Shown one piece after another: positions 9,262 to 19,700 of a stretch of 64,000 nucleotides of DNA. The notes under the pieces were generated by a model that made no database searches, was not told the DNA's origin, and saw only the letters and a list, made by a program, of their open reading frames with translations. Source of the stretch: Verrucomicrobiales bacterium (GTDB taxonomy: Bacteria > Actinomycetota > Acidimicrobiia > Acidimicrobiales > SHLQ01). The position numbers and the translations under genes were made by a program. The stretch is from positions 24,161 through 88,160 of the forward strand of contig JBLIMK010000002.1 in assembly GCA_047638715.1 (NCBI GenBank). Reading direction: 5' to 3'. The number at the start of each line of letters is the position of its first letter. Positions within the stretch are counted from its first letter, which is position 1.

Positions 9262-10523
9262 TGTCAGAAATCCTTCGCTTTGCCACGGCAGGTTCGGTCG
9301 ACGACGGAAAGTCGACCCTAATTGGTCGCCTCCTCTACGACACGAAATCGATCTTTGAAGATCAGATGGAAGCCATCGAAAAAACGTCGGAGAAGATGGG
9401 TAGTGCGTACGTCAACTTGGCGCTGCTCACCGATGGCCTTCGAGCCGAACGCGAACAGGGCATCACCATCGATGTCGCCTACCGCTACTTCGCGACGCCG
9501 AAGCGCAAGTTCATCATCGCCGACACTCCGGGTCACATCCAATACACCCGCAACATGGTCACCGGTGCCTCGACCGCCGATGTTGCGCTGATTCTCGTCG
9601 ACGCCCGCAACGGCGTCATCGAGCAGAGCCGTCGGCACAGTTTCATCGCATCGCTTCTTCGCATTCCGCACATCGTGGTCTGCGTCAACAAGATGGACCT
9701 CGTCGACTACAGCGAAGAAGCCTTCAACAAGGTGCGAGACGAGTTCCGCGACTTCGCCATGCGTCTCGAAGTACCCGATCTCTCGTTCATTCCTGTTTCT
9801 GCGCTCGTTGGCGACAATGTCGTCGACAAGTCCGAAAACATGCCGTGGTACGAAGGGCCATCCCTACTCACACACCTCGAGACAATCCACACCGCATCCG
9901 ATCGCAATATGGTCGATGTCCGATTCCCCGTGCAGTACGTCATTCGTCCAATGAGCGATGAACATCACGACTACCGCGGCTACGCCGGCACGGTTGCAGG
10001 CGGAGTGCTGAAGCCGGGCGACGACGTGGTGGTACTGCCGAGCGGATTCGAATCGTCGATCAAGTCGATTGACACGTTCGATGGTCCGGTCGCCGAAGCA
10101 TTCGCGCCAATGGCCGTGACGATCCGCCTCAATGACGAGATCGACATCAGCCGTGGCGACATGATCTGCCGCCCGAATAACCAACCGATCGTTAGCCAAG
10201 ACATCGATGCAATGGTGTGCTGGATGGACGAAACGCAGCCGCTTTCACCGCGGAAGAAGTACGCCATCAAACACACGACTCGTGCGGGCCGAGTGATGGT
10301 CAAAGACATCAACTACCGCCTCGACATCAACACACTGCATCGAGACGAGGATGCCACCGAGATCAAGCTCAACGAGATTGGTCGCATTAGCTTCCGGTCG
10401 ACGTTGCCGCTCTTTGTTGACGAGTACCGGCGAAACCGCGAAACGGGTTCATTCGTACTGATCGATGAAGCCAGCAACGCAACGGTCGCTGCAGGGATGA
10501 TCCTCGGCGAGTCCCCAGGCTGA
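9261..10523 (+). CDS. cysN: Sulfate adenylyltransferase subunit 1 (GTPase)
   Basis: GSVDDGKSTLIGRLL, EREQGITIDVAYRYF, DTPGH, NKMD. Confidence 0.97.
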   Translation: MSEILRFATAGSVDDGKSTLIGRLLYDTKSIFEDQMEAIEKTSEKMGSAYVNLALLTDGLRAEREQGITIDVAYRYFATPKRKFIIADTPGHIQYTRNMVTGASTADVALILVDARNGVIEQSRRHSFIASLLRIPHIVVCVNKMDLVDYSEEAFNKVRDEFRDFAMRLEVPDLSFIPVSALVGDNVVDKSENMPWYEGPSLLTHLETIHTASDRNMVDVRFPVQYVIRPMSDEHHDYRGYAGTVAGGVLKPGDDVVVLPSGFESSIKSIDTFDGPVAEAFAPMAVTIRLNDEIDISRGDMICRPNNQPIVSQDIDAMVCWMDETQPLSPRKKYAIKHTTRAGRVMVKDINYRLDINTLHRDEDATEIKLNEIGRISFRSTLPLFVDEYRRNRETGSFVLIDEASNATVAAGMILGESPG

Positions 10524-10533
10524 TCGAGCCACG

Positions 10534-11148
10534 ATGACTAACGACAGCAAGGCAACGAACGTCGTCTGGCACTGCGGTCACTTCGATCGCGCTGAACGCT
10601 GGGCGAATCTTGGTCTGAACGGTGCGACGATTTGGTTTACCGGACTGTCGGGCTCTGGAAAGTCGACCGTCGCTGTCGAGGTTGAACGTTTGCTCGTCGA
10701 GCAGAAACAGCCGACCTACATGTTGGACGGGGACAACCTCCGTCTCGGTATCAACGCCGACCTCGGTTTCTCAGCAGATGATCGCAATGAGAACGTCCGT
10801 CGCGTGAGCGAGGTCGCCCGACTCTTCGCCGATTCGGGCGTCGTTGCCCTGGTGCCCCTCGTTAGTCCTTACCGGGCTGGCCGTGAACGTGCGCGCGAGA
10901 TACACCAGGCTGCTGACGTGCCGTTCTTCGAGGTGTTCATGGACACGCCACTCGAGATCGCTGAGTCGCGCGATCCGAAGGGTCTCTACAAGTTGGCTCG
11001 CGCTGGCAAGATCAAGAACTTCACGGGTATCTCGGATCCCTACGAAGCCCCCGTCGACCCAGACCTCATCCTGGATCCAGATATGGGAGACCCTGAGGTA
11101 ATGGCACGTATGGTCCTCCAGATGCTCCAGGCCGAACAAACCATCTGA
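10534..11148 (+). CDS. cysC: Adenylyl-sulfate kinase
   Basis: WFTGLSGSGKST, LDGDNLR, RDPKGLY, FTGISDPYEAP. Confidence 0.96.
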   Translation: MTNDSKATNVVWHCGHFDRAERWANLGLNGATIWFTGLSGSGKSTVAVEVERLLVEQKQPTYMLDGDNLRLGINADLGFSADDRNENVRRVSEVARLFADSGVVALVPLVSPYRAGRERAREIHQAADVPFFEVFMDTPLEIAESRDPKGLYKLARAGKIKNFTGISDPYEAPVDPDLILDPDMGDPEVMARMVLQMLQAEQTI

Positions 11149-11152
11149 CAAC

Positions 11153-11222
11153 TACCTGGGTCTGACCCCAAATTGCTGTTTGGGGTCAGAGCAACGCATA
11201 CATCTTTCGTGAATTGTCTGGT
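11153..11222. repeat. REP-like palindromic element (CTGGGTCTGACCCCAAA-N6-TTTGGGGTCAGAGCA...TTGTCTGGT), copy after cysC
   Basis: 13-bp perfect inverted repeat TCTGACCCCAAA/TTTGGGGTCAGA region; homologous to the copies at 33749 and 33861. Confidence 0.75.
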
Positions 11223-11308
11223 GGGTGCGTCGGAGTGAATGCTGCCATGGTGTGCCAAAAGGGGCGTGCGAACCTTCAATGAGGACCGCAATCTGCCGAT
11301 AGGTCGGT

Positions 11309-11560
11309 ATGGCAAAGACTGCAACAACGACCAAGCCCGTCAAGATCAAAAAGGTCAGCCGTGCGGTGACCAGATTGGTCGAACCTGGCAGCCAGGTCGA
11401 CTGCATGCATTGCGACGAACGAGTGAAGTTCCAGGCGAAGCTGCGACATCAACAGGTGATCTGCAACGTCTACGAGAGGAACAAGTGGCTTCGAGTCGAG
11501 CACTTCCATGCCGATTGTTACAAGAAGGCAAAGCAGCCGTTCGGCAAGCCCGTCGACTAA
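11309..11560 (+). CDS. Small basic zinc-finger-like protein (CxxC ... HxxC)
   Basis: CMHC and EHFHADC; Lys/Arg-rich; fills the intergenic space. Confidence 0.7.
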   Translation: MAKTATTTKPVKIKKVSRAVTRLVEPGSQVDCMHCDERVKFQAKLRHQQVICNVYERNKWLRVEHFHADCYKKAKQPFGKPVD

Positions 11561-11653
11561 TTCTTCCGAATCGTTCGGTCCGTCCAGTCCGGTGGCCGTG
11601 ATGTGTGCGGGATGCACATGCCGCTATTGCCAGAAGCGTAGGATCCGTCTCCC

Positions 11654-12439
11654 ATGAACTCCCCTGATCCTCGGCTTGGCCGCCTGTTACTTTTGGGAAA
11701 GAACTACGGCGCCTACGGCGCAATCGGATCCACGAATGTTGGAACCGATGCCGCAGCAGGAATTTCTGTGGGCAGCGACCTCGACTCGCCGAGCAAACAG
11801 TGGAAGTACGACAGCACGGTCGACAACGAAGACAGCCTCTGTGTGATCGCTGCCCCCGACTGGATAGGCATGGCGGTCGCCGACGCTCACTACGGCCCAG
11901 AGTCGAGCCACATGCTCCTCGACCGCCTGCACACGATCTGGGCAAAGGTGCGTCCCGCCGGCATCGAGCACCTGGGTCAGATGATCGAGTTTCTTCGTCA
12001 GGGTGATCCAGCCCAGACGGATTCCGAGACGACGCTCTTAGCAGTGGTGTATGACCGTTCCTCACGCAAAGGTTTTGGCATCTCCTTTGGAGATTCGACT
12101 TTCACGATCACGGGCCGAAATCGGATACCCGTCCCGCTCAACGAGCACGACAGCCGGTTTGTAAGCGCTGGTCGACGGAACTCTCTTCGTGATGGATCGC
12201 CGTTCGAATTCGAGGCCAGAAGCGGGGAACTGCTCCTGGCCTTCACCGACGGTGTCGATGGCTGCCACTATCGCCAACCCGAGACGTCAGTCCAACCTGA
12301 GCACATTCAGGAGATCGCGGTCGGCGCCAACATGGATCCCCTCGAGACGGTGAACGAAGTGATTACCTTCGCGCTCAAGGGCGTGGATGGCAATCCTGGT
12401 GGTCAAGACAACATCGCAATGATCGCGGCGCGCGCGTAA
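11654..12439 (+). CDS. PP2C/PPM-type protein phosphatase-like protein
   Basis: NEDS, VADAH.G, GDS, FTDG, GQDNI motifs. Confidence 0.75.
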   Translation: MNSPDPRLGRLLLLGKNYGAYGAIGSTNVGTDAAAGISVGSDLDSPSKQWKYDSTVDNEDSLCVIAAPDWIGMAVADAHYGPESSHMLLDRLHTIWAKVRPAGIEHLGQMIEFLRQGDPAQTDSETTLLAVVYDRSSRKGFGISFGDSTFTITGRNRIPVPLNEHDSRFVSAGRRNSLRDGSPFEFEARSGELLLAFTDGVDGCHYRQPETSVQPEHIQEIAVGANMDPLETVNEVITFALKGVDGNPGGQDNIAMIAARA

Positions 12440-12460
12440 CGAATCTCCGCGCCCAAAGCT

Positions 12461-14134
12461 CTAACGTGCGAGTGGCTTGTACTTGATACGGGTTGGTCCG
12501 GACGAGTCGCCGAGTTCCTTCTTGCGGAAGGCCTCGTAGTCGCTGAAGTTGCCCTCGAACCAGCGAGCCTGAGAACCACCCTCGAACGCGAGAATGTGCG
12601 TCGCCACACGGTCGAGGAACCAGCGATCGTGAGAGATCACGACGGCACAACCGGGATACTCTTCGAGCGCGGCTTCGAGCGCCTGCAACGTCTCGACGTC
12701 GAGGTCGTTTGTCGGCTCATCGAGCATCAGGACGTTGGCGCCTGATTTCAGCACCTTGGCGAGGTGCACGCGGTTGCGTTCGCCGCCGGAGAGAACGCCG
12801 ACCTTCTTTGTTTGGTCCCCGCCGCGGAAGTTGAACGACGCGACGTACGAGCGTGAATTCACCTCGCGGGTTCCGAGAACCAAGAAGTCGTGGCCGCCAC
12901 TGATCTCGTCGAAAACATTAGCGTTCGGGTCGAGGGAATCGCGACTTTGGTCGACGTACCCAAGCTCGACTGTGGTGCCGATCTGGATCTTGCCAGAATC
13001 GGGCTCTTCGTGGCCCGTGATCATCTTGAACAGTGTCGTCTTTCCAGCGCCGTTTGCGCCGATGATTCCAACGATCCCGGCAGGGGGGAGGCTGAACGAC
13101 AGATTGTCGATAAGTAGTTTGTCGCCGAACGCCTTCGATACTCCGTCGAACTCGATGACGAGATCGCCGAGGCGCTTGTTGGCCGGGATCGAGATCTGTA
13201 GTTCGGCGGCGCGCGCCTCGGCATCGCGTTGCGCCGAAACCAAGTTGTCGTAGGCCGCAAGACGAGCCTTGCCCTTGGATTGGCGAGCCTTGGGCGCCAT
13301 GCGCACCCATTCGAGCTCGCGAGCGATCGTCCTCTTGCGAACTGCATCGGCTCGTGACTCGGCATTGAGCCGGGATTCTTTGTTCTCCAGCCACGCGGTG
13401 TAGTTACCTTCGAACGGGAAGCAGCGACCGTGGTCGATCTCGAGGATCCATTCGGCTGCGTTGTCGAGGAAGTAGCGATCATGAGTAATCGCTACGACGG
13501 TGCCTGCGTACTCCTGCAAGAAACGCTCGAGCCAGGCGACCGACTCGGCGTCGAGATGGTTGGTTGGCTCGTCGAGCAGCAACAAATCTGGGCTCGACAG
13601 AAGCAGACGCGCCAACGCCACACGGCGACGCTCGCCACCCGAGAGATTGACGACTTCGGCCTCACCGGGCGGGAGACGGAGGGCATCGCTTGCTATCTCG
13701 ACCGTACGCTTGAGATCCCACGCGTTCGCAGCTTCGATCTTCTTTTCCAGGGAGGCCTGGCGATCGCCGAGTTTCTCATAATCGGCATCGGGGTCCGACC
13801 AACCGGCCAGAACCTCGTCGTATTCGGTGAGCAGCGCGGCTACCTCGCCGACGCCGTCCATCACGTTCTCGTGGACGGTCTTTGAGTCGTCGAGCTTCGG
13901 CTCCTGCTCGAGCATCCCGACCGTGAAGCCATCGGTCAGCCGAGCCTCGCCGGTGTAGTCGTCGTCGAGTCCAGCCATGATGCGAAGCACCGTTGACTTT
14001 CCAGCTCCGTTTGCGCCGAGCACGCCGATCTTTGCACCTGGCAAGAACGACAGACTGACCTCTTTGAGGATGTCACGATCGGGCGGGATGAACTTCGACA
14101 GCTTGTGCATCGTGTAGATGTACTGGGCACTCAT
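12461..14134 (-). CDS. ettA: Energy-dependent translational throttle protein EttA (ABC-F)
   Basis: QYIYTM, LSFLPGAKIGVLGANGAGKST, two ABC domains, PKARQSKGKARL, RIKYKPL. Confidence 0.96.
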   Translation of the reverse strand: MSAQYIYTMHKLSKFIPPDRDILKEVSLSFLPGAKIGVLGANGAGKSTVLRIMAGLDDDYTGEARLTDGFTVGMLEQEPKLDDSKTVHENVMDGVGEVAALLTEYDEVLAGWSDPDADYEKLGDRQASLEKKIEAANAWDLKRTVEIASDALRLPPGEAEVVNLSGGERRRVALARLLLSSPDLLLLDEPTNHLDAESVAWLERFLQEYAGTVVAITHDRYFLDNAAEWILEIDHGRCFPFEGNYTAWLENKESRLNAESRADAVRKRTIARELEWVRMAPKARQSKGKARLAAYDNLVSAQRDAEARAAELQISIPANKRLGDLVIEFDGVSKAFGDKLLIDNLSFSLPPAGIVGIIGANGAGKTTLFKMITGHEEPDSGKIQIGTTVELGYVDQSRDSLDPNANVFDEISGGHDFLVLGTREVNSRSYVASFNFRGGDQTKKVGVLSGGERNRVHLAKVLKSGANVLMLDEPTNDLDVETLQALEAALEEYPGCAVVISHDRWFLDRVATHILAFEGGSQARWFEGNFSDYEAFRKKELGDSSGPTRIKYKPLAR

Positions 14135-14188
14135 GGCGGTGAGGCTAGCGAAGAACTTTCGAAGCGGCGCCTATGCGTCGGAGCTTCG

Positions 14189-15946
14189 TCACCGACGTTC
14201 AGCTCCGGGCGTTACGGCGATGACGATCGCGTCGGCACTTGGCGATCCATTCACCAGCGAAACAGTGTGTTCATCGCCGATTTCGAACAGCGCTTTGTCG
14301 CCCTCGGCGAGGTCTGCACCTCTGACGATTCGAAAGCCGCCAGCCCGAGCACCCGAGGCCAGTCCGTGAAAGGTGAGGTTCCCGAACGCCGTCCGTCCGC
14401 GCATTTCGAAGTCGTCATCCTCTTCGTCGGGCTGCACCTGATAGAGGTTCGCTCGTCCGAGGTGCTCGGTCAGGTGATGTGCAGCATGCGAGGCGAAGTT
14501 TTCATCGTCGGTGAGGAGGATCGCCTGTTTGATACCCACTCCATCGAGTGTGAGATCGAGATCGTGGCTATCGATGGGACGGTCGTACGCCAGCAGTCCT
14601 CGCGAGAACGCGTCGCGCTGCACCGTGGTCGAGGTCGAGATCACCAAGACTGGAATCTCCTGCATCGCGAGCAAATCCGCCAGATCGACAGCGAACCGAC
14701 TGTTGGACACGAGCGCCACACCATTCGGCTGAATCTTCGCGACACGAGTTTTCCTGGCGACCCAAGTGGCGGTGAGGCCGTAGAGGGCCACGGTGACGAT
14801 CACGGTGGCGAACACGATCGGCACGAGCTCGGGCACCTCACCGGCACCCTCGTCGATCAGCGTGCGAGAGAACACCGTGGCGACCGAGGCGGCCACGATT
14901 CCGCGGGGAGCCATCCACGCAAGGAACTGACGGTCGTTGCGTTGCAGTCCCGATCCAATCGTGGAGAGCCACACGGCCAGCGGACGGGCGACGAACACGA
15001 GAACCGCAATCAGAATCAGCGCCTCAGGCAGAACGCCGCCCAAATCGTCGAGGTTGACCATGGCACCCAACACGATGAACAACGTGCCCAAGATGAGGTG
15101 GCCGACGTCTTCGCTAAACGCCGTAAGTCCCTGGTTTGGAACGAGATGTTGATTCGCCAGCACGAGCCCAAGCATCGTGGTGGCCATCAGGCCAGCTTCG
15201 GGGGCGATCTGATTCGCCGCAGCGAACGCGACGATCGCTGCGGAGAGCATCGCTGGATTACGCAGGTGGTCAGGAACCCAGTGGTAATGCAGCGCCACAA
15301 GAGCGATGGCCGCCACGACAACTCCAGCCAACGCACCGGCGCCGAGCGTGATCCCGATCTGCAATGCGGCCTCTGCAGGTTCGGAGTCGTTGAGCGTGGC
15401 GTCGAGCACGACGATCGCCAGCGTTGCACCCACCGGGTCGATGACGATTCCCTCCCAGCGAAGGATGCTGCCGGTTGGTTCTCGGGGCCGAGCCAAGTGC
15501 AGCAGCGGTATCACCACGGTCGGCCCGGACACGACAAGGATCGCCCCGATCAGCGCAGCGCTGCTCGTCGACACATCGAACAGCAGCTGTGTGGTGAACC
15601 AGCCGATCAACCACGTGACCAGCGTTCCAATGGTGACCAGGCGAAGAATCACCGAGCGACCATCGTTGAGCCGATTGAGCTTGAGCCCGAGGCCGCCCTC
15701 ATAGAGCAACAAACCAACGGCGAGGGACACGACCGGGAACAGGGTCTGTGCTCCGAAGTCTTCCTCTGGGTGAATGATGCCGAAGACTGGCCCGACCAGA
15801 ATTCCCGCAGTGAGCAGGAGCAACACGCCCGGGATGCGCAGATGATTCGCGAGCCATTGCCCGCCAACACCCAATGACAAGATTATGGCAATCGTCAGCG
15901 GGAGCTGGCTCTCAGCGGCCAACAACAGCGAGAATGAGGGAGTCAT
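14189..15946 (-). CDS. CPA1 (NhaP-type) cation:proton antiporter with C-terminal cytoplasmic domain
   Basis: Multiple TM helices, LLYEGGL, SGPTVVIPLL, WEGIVIDP, WMAPRGIVAA. Confidence 0.9.
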   Translation of the reverse strand: MTPSFSLLLAAESQLPLTIAIILSLGVGGQWLANHLRIPGVLLLLTAGILVGPVFGIIHPEEDFGAQTLFPVVSLAVGLLLYEGGLGLKLNRLNDGRSVILRLVTIGTLVTWLIGWFTTQLLFDVSTSSAALIGAILVVSGPTVVIPLLHLARPREPTGSILRWEGIVIDPVGATLAIVVLDATLNDSEPAEAALQIGITLGAGALAGVVVAAIALVALHYHWVPDHLRNPAMLSAAIVAFAAANQIAPEAGLMATTMLGLVLANQHLVPNQGLTAFSEDVGHLILGTLFIVLGAMVNLDDLGGVLPEALILIAVLVFVARPLAVWLSTIGSGLQRNDRQFLAWMAPRGIVAASVATVFSRTLIDEGAGEVPELVPIVFATVIVTVALYGLTATWVARKTRVAKIQPNGVALVSNSRFAVDLADLLAMQEIPVLVISTSTTVQRDAFSRGLLAYDRPIDSHDLDLTLDGVGIKQAILLTDDENFASHAAHHLTEHLGRANLYQVQPDEEDDDFEMRGRTAFGNLTFHGLASGARAGGFRIVRGADLAEGDKALFEIGDEHTVSLVNGSPSADAIVIAVTPGAERR

Positions 15947-15955
15947 CGGGAAAGA

Positions 15956-16729
15956 TTACCCGACGTCGACGACCACCGGCGCGTGATCGCTCGGTTGTTT
16001 TCCCTTGCGAGCATTTCGGTCGACGAAGATCCGATCGGTGCGCTCCGCCACGCTTCTCGAACTGAGGATGAGATCGATGCGCATGCCCTTGCGTTTGTGG
16101 AAATTGCCGTCGCGATAGTCCCACCACGAGTACAACTCGGCGTCGTCGTGGTGGTCACGGAAGGTGTCGGACAGACCCCAGGTAGCGAGCGCCGCAAGCT
16201 TGTCTCGTTCGGGCTGCGACGTATGGGTCATGCCGACAAGACCCTTCGGGTCATATACATCGCGATCGTCTGGGGCCACGTTGAAATCGCCGACCACGCA
16301 GATGTCGTCGGTCGAATCGGTGTTCTTGTCGAGGTCGGCGGCGAGACGATCGAGCCAATCGAGCTTGTACGTGTAGTGGTCGTCATCGAGCGAGCGGCCG
16401 TTCGGGACATAACACGTCGCGACCCGCACACCGCCACACGTCGCCCACAGAATGCGAGCATCGGGGTCTGGTTCGCCGCGTCCATCGTCAAAGTCTGGAC
16501 GGACATCATCGAGGCCCACGCGAGAGATGATCGCCACGCCATTCCACTGACCCTGACCATGATGTGCGCTCTCATAGCCGAGCGCTTTGAACGCATCGTG
16601 AGGGAAGTCGTCGTTTCCCAACTTTGTTTCCTGCAGGCACAGAACGTCGGGTTGAAGAAGCTCGATCCACTCGGTTACACGTTCGAGTCGGACGTTTAAC
16701 GAGTTGACATTCCATGTAACCAGGCGCAT
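15956..16729 (-). CDS. xth: Exodeoxyribonuclease III
   Basis: MRLVTWNVNS, LQETK, NGVAI, YVPNG, GDFN, YSWWDYR, RIDL, SDH; start at ATG 16729. Confidence 0.95.
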   Translation of the reverse strand: MRLVTWNVNSLNVRLERVTEWIELLQPDVLCLQETKLGNDDFPHDAFKALGYESAHHGQGQWNGVAIISRVGLDDVRPDFDDGRGEPDPDARILWATCGGVRVATCYVPNGRSLDDDHYTYKLDWLDRLAADLDKNTDSTDDICVVGDFNVAPDDRDVYDPKGLVGMTHTSQPERDKLAALATWGLSDTFRDHHDDAELYSWWDYRDGNFHKRKGMRIDLILSSRSVAERTDRIFVDRNARKGKQPSDHAPVVVDVG

Positions 16730-16769
16730 GCAGCCGAATCTACCCCGCTGCGTCGAATAGGCTGCCCGT
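16730..16769. promoter_or_regulatory. Back-to-back divergent -10 elements for leaderless xth and kgd
   Basis: TAGATT on the minus strand 7 nt before xth ATG; TAGGCT on the plus strand 6 nt before kgd GTG; no SD. Confidence 0.6.
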
Positions 16770-19700
16770 GTGTCCTCAACAGAACGCGTCGACCTCGGCG
16801 CAAACGCATGGATCATCGACGAGATGTATCGGGAGTACGTCGAGAACCCGCAGAACGTTTCCGAAAGTTGGCGAGAGTTCTTCGTGGGGTACCGGCCAGG
16901 CTCAGGCACGGTGATGACACCAGTCTCGGACTCGCCAGCACATGTCGCGCAAGAGGTCGCAGCAGCGAACGCTGCCCCCGCACGCGTCGCACCCGCAAAC
17001 GGCAGCGCTCCCGCTTCGTCACCATCACGATCCCCAGCCCATGCCGCTCCCGGCCCAAGGCAGCTCCCCGACGGGGCAGAACCACTGCGCGGAGTCTCGG
17101 CCAAGATCGTCGAGAACATGGAGGCGAGCCTTCACGTACCAACGGCCACAAGCTTCCGTGATGTGCCGGCCCGCTTACTCGAGGTGAATCGCAAGATCGT
17201 CAACGGCCACCTCGGCCGCACCCGCGGCGGCAAGATCAGCTTCACCCACATCATCGGCTACGCCGTCGTTCGTGCGATCGCCGACTTCATACCCGCAATG
17301 AACAACGGTTTTCACGAAGGCCCAGACGGTAAGCCCAACATCGTGCGTCGCCAGCGAGTTGGCCTCGGCATCGCTATCGATGTCGAAAAGTCGAACGGCC
17401 AACGAACGCTCATGGTGCCGTGCATCAAAGACGCCGACCTGCTCGATTTCGCGGGCTTCGTCGACGTCTACGACGACCTCGTTCGGCGAGGCCGCAACGG
17501 CAAACTCACACTCGATGACTTCAATGGAGTCACCGTCAGCCTCACGAACCCGGGAGGCATCGGCACGGTGCAATCAGTCCCTCGGTTGATGCCCGGTCAA
17601 GGCGCGATCGTCGGGCTCGGATCGATCGCATATCCCACAGCGTTCATCGCAGCCGATCCGGCCAAACTCGCCGAAATCGGCATCTCAAAGGTCGTCACGA
17701 TCACGTCGACGTATGACCATCGAATCATTCAAGGCGCCGAAAGCGGCATGTTCCTGAAGGCGATCCAAGACCTCATCATGGGCGAGCACAATTTCTATGA
17801 AGGTGTCCTCGAAACCATGGACGTGCCTTACGACGCCGTCAAATGGCGCCGAGACGTGAACCCCGTCGACGATGCGGAGTCGATCGTCGAGCGCCAGGTC
17901 AAAGTCAATTCGCTGGTTAATGCGCATCGAGTTCGCGGTCACCTCATTGCGAACCTCGATCCACTAGGCCTGATGGAACGAAACATGCATCCCGAGCTCG
18001 ATCCGGCGAGCTACGGCCTCACGATCTGGGATCTTGAGCGCGAGTTCTATGTGCAGGATCTGCTCGGACCGAAGGCGAGCGGTGGTCGCAGCCGCATGAA
18101 GCTCGCCAACATCTTGGGGATCATGCGCGACGCCTACGCGCGCACCGTCGGTGTCGAATACATGCACATGGCCGATCCGAACGAGAAGCGCTGGATACAA
18201 GAACAGGTCGAAGGCCAGAGCTACGAGATCAGCAAAGAATCTCAGCGGCACATCCTCGGCCGCTTGAACGCGGCGGAAGCGCTTGAGAAGTTCCTGGGCA
18301 CCAAATACATCGGCCAGAAGCGATTTGGGATCGAAGGCACCGAGAGCGCCATCCCGGTGCTAGACGAACTGCTGAGCAGCGCCGCGGACAACGACATGAC
18401 CGACGTGGTCATCGGAATGGCCCATCGAGGACGCCTCAATGTGCTCGTAAACATCGTGGGCAAGGACTACAGTCAACTGTTCGAGGAGTTCGAAGGCGCG
18501 ATCACCGCCGACGCGGTGCAGGGTTCAGGCGACGTCAAGTACCATCTCGGCCAAACCGGCACGTTCACCTCACGCGCTGGGAACTCGATCCCCGTCACCC
18601 TCGCTGCCAACCCGTCGCATCTCGAAGCCGTCGACCCCGTCGTGATAGGTATGTCGCGCGCGAAAATGGATGCCACCGAACGAACGGAAGGTCGCGACTA
18701 TCCAGTCCTTCCACTCCTGATTCATGGTGACGCGGCGTTCGCTGGCCAGGGCGTCGTGACCGAGACCCTCAACCTGTCCCAGATCCGTGGTTACAAGGTC
18801 GGCGGCACCGTTCACCTGATTATCAACAACCAGCTCGGGTTCACCACCGCACCCCACGCAGCGAGGTCGAGTGAGTACTCGACCGATGTCGCCAAGCTCA
18901 TCCAAGCGCCGATTTTCCATGTGAACGCCGATGACCCCGAAGCCTGCGTTCGCGTCGCCGAATTGGCCTTCAAGTATCGAGAGAAGTTCAAGAAAGACGT
19001 CGTGATCGACATGATCGGCTACCGCCGCCATGGCCATAACGAAGGCGACGACCCGAGCTACACCCAGCCGCTCATGTATCGCGCGATCCAAGGGCGACGT
19101 TCGGTTCGCATGCTTTACACCGAGGCGCTCATCAAACGCGGCGATCTCACTGTTGAAGAAGCAGAACAGGCGCTCGACGACTTCCGTGGACGCCTACAAG
19201 TTGCGCTCGACACGACACGCTCGGCCGATCACGACCCGAACGCGAAGGCCGCCGTGCAGCCGGACGCCGTTGGGGTACTGCCAATCGCCGACACCGCTGT
19301 TGACAAAGAAACACTCGATCGTGTTTACACCGACATGTCACGAATTCCCGACGATTTCACCGTGCATCCCAAGTTGGCATCACAATTCGCCAACCGTGAT
19401 GCCATGTATGCCGACGGTCAGGTCGACTGGGCGCTCGGTGAAGCACTCGCCTACATGACGCTCCTCAGCGAGGGGATCTCGATTCGGCTGTCTGGGCAGG
19501 ATTCGAGACGCGGTACATTCTCGCACCGCCATTCGACGCTGTTCGACTACACCACCGGCGATGAGATCGTGCCGATGGAGAACGCCACGAATGGTTCGAA
19601 CTTGTGGATCTATGACTCCTTGCTCTCGGAGTACGCAGCCCTCGGGTTCGAATACGGGTACTCCGTCGAGCGTCCCGACGTCCTCACGCTTTGGGAGGCA

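Noticed and set aside
7457..11148. cysQ/cysDNC as part of a novel sulfur-modification or sulfation system
   Set aside because: Ordinary PAPS synthesis genes; no sulfotransferase or dnd/ssp-type genes adjacent
14105..15877. 590-aa plus-strand ORF
   Set aside because: Antisense shadow of the antiporter gene with no recognisable motifs
16730..17119. N-terminal extension of xth in the ORF track
   Set aside because: Overlaps kgd on the other strand; the canonical MRLVTWNVNS start is at 16729
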